Source: an uncultured virus (IMG/VR IMGVR_UViG_3300043427_002205) (taxonomy: Duplodnaviria > Heunggongvirae > Uroviricota > Caudoviricetes). From it: DNA of 20,000 nucleotides. Location: IMG/VR virus record IMGVR_UViG_3300043427_002205. One strand, written 5' to 3'. Under the pieces are notes generated by a model. The model was not told the origin of the DNA, ran no database searches, and worked only from the letters and a program-made list of their open reading frames with translations. Below are positions 16,788 to 20,000 of this stretch, piece after piece; the stretch's first letter is position 1, and the number at the start of each line of letters is the position of its first letter. The position numbers and the translations under genes are program-made.

Positions 16788-17417
16788 TCAACAATACTTG
16801 TATATTGAATAATAGTCAAGCAATATTTTTTTAACATCATCTTGTGTCCAGCACTCTCCGGAAAACACTAAGTCGGCATGTTTACTACTAGGCAAGCAGT
16901 ATTTTTCAAACATTGGCTGGCTGTAAGTGTGCCATTGATTTAGTGCATATTCTTTAGTTCTTTTACGCTCAGAAACATCTCTAATCAACTTTCTCTCTAA
17001 TCTAAGACTGTTGCTAGTATCAACAAATATATTATATGAATATAGTTCTCTAAGCTCAGAAAAGTGTAATGTAAGTATTCCTTCTACAATTAGTAAGTGA
17101 GGCTTACTCAATTCAATCAAAGATTCGGTTCTATTATGAATAGTAAAATCGTAAACTGGCATTGCAGTTTTTCCAGACTGGCAAAGCTCAGACAAACAAG
17201 AAATAAGTAAATCAATATCAAAAGAGTCCGGATGATCAAAGTTTATCAATCTTCTTTCTTCAAGAGGCATATCAAACCTCTTATAAAAATTATCTAAAGA
17301 AATGCAAGATGATGATAAGCCAAATTCAATAGCACAAGCACAAAGGTCTCTAGCCAGAGTTGTTTTGCCACTGGCAGTGCCGCCAGAAATTGAAAATACA
17401 GAAAATTTAGATGACAT
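16788..17417 (-). CDS. udk: Uridine/cytidine kinase
   Basis: Walker A GGTASGKTT, DNFYK, NFDHPDSFD, PVYDF..H.R, IVEGIL and RLERKLIRDVSER. Confidence 0.93.
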   Translation of the reverse strand: MSSKFSVFSISGGTASGKTTLARDLCACAIEFGLSSSCISLDNFYKRFDMPLEERRLINFDHPDSFDIDLLISCLSELCQSGKTAMPVYDFTIHNRTESLIELSKPHLLIVEGILTLHFSELRELYSYNIFVDTSNSLRLERKLIRDVSERKRTKEYALNQWHTYSQPMFEKYCLPSSKHADLVFSGECWTQDDVKKILLDYYSIYKYC

Positions 17418-17429
17418 ATAAATTTCATA

Positions 17430-17756
17430 TTAAGAACTTAAACTCTCAAGAGCTTCACTAAGCTCGTCTCTACGTTTAACAATATCTAAACAAAATGAAG
17501 TATCTCTTTTATAAACCTCGTAATAGACAGACTCTTGTTTTCTATACATAGAATTTAATGCCAATCTGTCTGGCAAATCAAGTTTAACATCAACAGATTC
17601 TATATCAGCCACAGTTGCAGAATACTTTTCACTCAAGTCAGATATGAACTTAAGGTATTCATTCTTATGCTCTGATATGATTCTACTTCTTTCAAAGATC
17701 CAGGCGTTTTGTTTAATAACAAAACTATGCAGATCAGAATCAATAGAAATTGACAT
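17430..17756 (-). CDS. Hypothetical protein (start uncertain)
   Basis: Open frame to 17852, but the first ATG not overlapping the upstream gene is at 17756. Confidence 0.6.
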   Translation of the reverse strand: MSISIDSDLHSFVIKQNAWIFERSRIISEHKNEYLKFISDLSEKYSATVADIESVDVKLDLPDRLALNSMYRKQESVYYEVYKRDTSFCLDIVKRRDELSEALESLSS

Positions 17757-17796
17757 CAGAGGCAAAATAAAAGTTTCATGTAAATGTTCAACCAGA

Positions 17797-18048
17797 TTAC
17801 CACTCAGTTTCTTCATCTTCAGTCTCATCTTCTTCAAATTCAACATCTTCATCTAAAATTTCAGGAGCAACAATCTCATGTTCAGACACAAATGCTAAAA
17901 CTGCATCTAATGCATTCTTAGAGCCAAGAATGTAAAACTTATACTCAGGCCAATTTGAAAAGCAGTCTAAGTCACCATCTTCAATTAGGCTATTAACTAA
18001 ATCTTGTATCTTATCGGTTAATTTTTCAGAACTTATATATTTTTTCAT
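17797..18048 (-). CDS. Hypothetical protein with a very acidic C-terminus; first gene of the leftward early operon
   Basis: SD AAGGA 8 nt before ATG; tail LDEDVEFEEDETEDEETEW. Confidence 0.8.
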   Translation of the reverse strand: MKKYISSEKLTDKIQDLVNSLIEDGDLDCFSNWPEYKFYILGSKNALDAVLAFVSEHEIVAPEILDEDVEFEEDETEDEETEW

Positions 18049-18215
18049 TTTTTGTTCCTTGGTTATGGTAGAGAAAGCAAATCAATTCTAACTATATATG
18101 TTTAATTTTTTAGAACTTTCGCTGACAAAGCTAACTCTAAGCGAAGCTATTTCTAGCAGAACTTGCGTTGTCCATCTCTAATAACTTAATATAAGTTTCA
18201 ATGGAGCACACACCT

Positions 18216-18243
18216 AGTATATCAAGAATCTCAGATGCGTCAA
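18216..18243 (-). promoter_or_regulatory. Leftward sigma70 promoter TTGACG-N16-TATACT (extended -10 TG)
   Basis: Minus strand TTGACG CATCTGAGATTCTTGA TATACT; shares TTGATATACT with the rightward promoter. Confidence 0.7.
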
Positions 18244-18312
18244 TAGGTAGAAGCAAAAAATATCCTGAAAAAATTTTTAAGAACTCCGGCGAAAAATTGC
18301 TTGGAGAGACTA

Positions 18313-18341
18313 TCTTGGTGATTCTTGGCGATTCTTGGTGA
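18313..18341. repeat. 10-bp tandem repeat TCTTGGYGAT, about 3 copies
   Basis: tcttggtgat tcttggcgat tcttggtga. Confidence 0.75.
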
Positions 18342-18407
18342 AAACAACGAAGAAATCCTTCGAAGAATAAAATAGGAAAAGGTGGAGACTAAAAATGGGA
18401 AAAGATA

Positions 18408-18527
18408 AAGACCCATTGAAATCCTTGAAGGGAAACTTTTAAGACCCATTGAAATCCTTGAAGGGAAACTTTTAAGACCCATTGAAATCCTTGAAGGGAA
18501 ACTTTTAAGACCCATTGAAATCCTTGA
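18408..18527. repeat. 33-bp perfect tandem repeat, 3.6 copies
   Basis: AAGACCCATTGAAATCCTTGAAGGGAAACTTTT at 18408, 18441 and 18474, plus 21 bp at 18507. Confidence 0.97.
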
Positions 18528-18635
18528 GAGATAAAGTTACAGATAAGGTGTTGGTTCGTCCCGTTTTGCTGTATAAACTGGTGTTTTAGAGGTAAACTTT
18601 TTTTAGCTAATCGCATCTTTTTTTTTAATTACTAC

Positions 18636-18664
18636 TTGACCAGATGCGCATCTATTGATATACT
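18636..18664 (+). promoter_or_regulatory. Rightward sigma70 promoter TTGACC-N17-TATACT with a palindromic spacer
   Basis: -35 at 18636-18641, extended -10 TGA-TATACT at 18656-18664, upstream T-tract (UP-element-like), perfect palindrome AGATGCGCATCT at 18642-18653. Confidence 0.8.
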
Positions 18665-18722
18665 TTAAGCATCAAATAAAGAAAGCATCAATGATGATGC
18701 GATTTTTAATAAGGTTAAAATT

Positions 18723-18971
18723 ATGAGAGATGGTTTAGAGATATTCGTAGATGATGTCACTACCGATGATCAGCTCGATGCGATGATGCTTGATCTAGAA
18801 TTGATGCAGATTGAAAGGCGCACCCAAGCCGAAGAAAGATTGATCTCGCTAGTGATGGGCATCGATCGAGAGCTAAAGCCTCACGGCTTAAAGATGTCAA
18901 GCAAACGCAAGAAAGCTATACTGAAAGCTATAGATGCCCTAATGACCGCTAGCGATATGAGTAGACTATAA
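18723..18971 (+). CDS. Early hypothetical protein (acidic N-half, basic C-half)
   Basis: SD TAAGG upstream; first ORF after the rightward promoter. Confidence 0.78.
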   Translation: MRDGLEIFVDDVTTDDQLDAMMLDLELMQIERRTQAEERLISLVMGIDRELKPHGLKMSSKRKKAILKAIDALMTASDMSRL

Positions 18972-18977
18972 GCCATA

Positions 18978-19097
18978 CCAAGCAGATGTTTGGCTACCCA
19001 AACATCTGCTTGGCTACCCTAGCACTCGCTAGGTATGCCAAGCAACCGATGGGTATGCCAAGCACTCGCTAGGTATGCCAAGCAACCGATGGGTATA
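18978..19097. repeat. Array of six 20-bp units, each a quasi-palindrome CCWAGC-N4-GCTWGG; units 1 and 2 form a perfect 16-bp hairpin
   Basis: ccaagcagatgtttggctac / ccaaacatctgcttggctac / cctagcactcgctaggtatg / ccaagcaaccgatgggtatg / ccaagcactcgctaggtatg / ccaagcaaccgatgggtata. Confidence 0.93.
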
Positions 19098-19114
19098 TAT
19101 AACAGGAGATTGAT

Positions 19115-19474
19115 ATGACTAAGAAAGGTTTGACTAAGCAAGACATTGAACTGGCCATCTCAGCACTAGAGATGCGCATCGACTCAACTAGAGATCTGTT
19201 AAGGCATCTACAACCTGGTGGCAAGTATTACCAGATAACTAGCCACTACACCGAGACGATGGGCATCTGGCCATTAGATGGCAACACTACCAGATACACT
19301 GGTGCGAACTTCTGGCGAGATAGGCCCAACCTGTCGATGGCACTTGATGCTTATAGCGATACGCTAATCACAACCACGATAGACAACCCACAATTCTGCC
19401 AAGACCTAGAGGCCCAAATCGTGATGTGCGATACGATAATGGCACAGCTCGAAAGAGAACTGGCTAAGATGTAA
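19115..19474 (+). CDS. Early hypothetical protein (helix - insert - helix)
   Basis: Strong SD AGGAG 6 nt upstream of ATG; 119 aa. Confidence 0.82.
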   Translation: MTKKGLTKQDIELAISALEMRIDSTRDLLRHLQPGGKYYQITSHYTETMGIWPLDGNTTRYTGANFWRDRPNLSMALDAYSDTLITTTIDNPQFCQDLEAQIVMCDTIMAQLERELAKM

Positions 19475-19481
19475 AGCACCA

Positions 19482-19508
19482 GCCACCCGACCGAGCCGGT
19501 CGGGTGGC
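19482..19508 (+). terminator. GC-rich perfect hairpin after the last early ORF (no U-tract)
   Basis: GCCACCCGACCG-AGC-CGGTCGGGTGGC, a 12-bp stem 7 nt after the stop codon. Confidence 0.5.
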
Positions 19509-19533
19509 ACTATCACTATCACTATCACTATCA
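19508..19533. repeat. Microsatellite (CACTAT)4
   Basis: cactatcactatcactatcactatca directly after the hairpin. Confidence 0.9.
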
Positions 19534-20000
19534 TATTCGGACAAAGGTTTACGTATTTTAATAAGTTTCAAAATATCACATTTTATATATCTAACAAGGT
19601 TTGGTAAGGTTAATAAGTTATATATTATATAACACCTATAGTTATATACCACTTATACTTGTGTGCGAACCACAAAAATCTACGCGGAACACGATTTTAC
19701 GAAACTCACATTTTTACAAAACTCAGGTTATTATAATCATCTAATCATTAAAGAGATTATATAAAAGGTTGTTTCTACGAAACGCTATTTTATTTTATTA
19801 ATAACAATACAACATAACATTAACAAACACTAAAGAGAGTATGTCGTAGTATAGTCGTCATTCTTAATAAACGGAACACTATGATATCATAAAAGCACAT
19901 GATTAAATGTTCAGTGTGCAACAAGTACAATGAGGGCAGGTATAGAGTCGGCTTCGATAATGTTCGGTCACTATCAACAATAGAATAAGGTTTGGCTAGG

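Noticed and set aside
261..17856. Plus-strand ORFs in the track (261, 889, 2226, 3946, 7937, 8274, 9026, 10796, 11598, 13217, 15380, 17644) and nested minus-strand ORFs 13407-13598 and 16145-16363
   Set aside because: They are antisense or out-of-frame shadows of better-supported genes; 16145-16363 also runs into tRNA-Tyr.
18146..18157. GCTAGAAATAGC identical to part of the engineered SpCas9 sgRNA scaffold
   Set aside because: Only 12 nt match and the flanks differ; it is a generic GAAA tetraloop hairpin.
18395..18442. 15-codon plus-strand ORF MGKDKDPLKSLKGNF with a GGAG upstream
   Set aside because: It is too short, ends within the repeat array, and lies upstream of the identified rightward promoter, so it cannot be supported.
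18408..18527. CRISPR array (33-bp unit containing ATTGAAA, similar to some CRISPR repeat ends)
   Set aside because: The units are head-to-tail and identical with no unique spacers, and no cas genes are present in the window.
18240..18616. ORFs 18240-18515 and 18389-18616 with repeated peptides
   Set aside because: They are by-products of a repeat whose length is a multiple of three, overlap each other in different frames and lack an RBS.
18978..19097. Mini-CRISPR array
   Set aside because: The period is only 20 bp, and the variable parts are 4 nt long and themselves repeated.
19464..19652. Minus-strand 62-aa ORF
   Set aside because: It runs through the microsatellite and hairpin (DSDSDS) and has no RBS or recognisable motif.
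1..20000. Stop-codon reassignment
   Set aside because: The long structural genes are intact in code 11, TAG and TGA end genes at sensible boundaries, and none of the tRNAs is a suppressor.

Overview
AT-rich fragment of a T4-like myovirus genome, read in the standard genetic code. Positions 1-9207 (minus strand) form a late baseplate module in the order gp5 spike, gp25, gp6, gp7-like wedge, gp8 and a VrlC/DUF4815-like tail protein that is cut by the window start; several of these genes are preceded by T4 late promoters (TATAAATA). Directly upstream is a Pol-beta-fold nucleotidyltransferase with a late promoter, a start-codon-occluding hairpin and a capsid-targeting-like N-terminus. Positions 10165-18048 (minus strand) hold an accessory array of small ORFs, four tRNAs (Glu-UUC, Arg-UCU, Lys-UUU, Tyr-GUA), a PduO-type cobalamin adenosyltransferase and a uridine kinase. 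Positions 18050-19540 are a strand-switch control region. It contains two divergent sigma70 promoters, repeat arrays with periods of 10, 33 and 20 bp, perfect hairpins and two plus-strand early ORFs. Those ORFs sit in a GC-richer segment of about 1 kb that is nearly free of GGA/TCC and rich in GATGC/GCATC. All family assignments come from motif recognition only; no searches were run.
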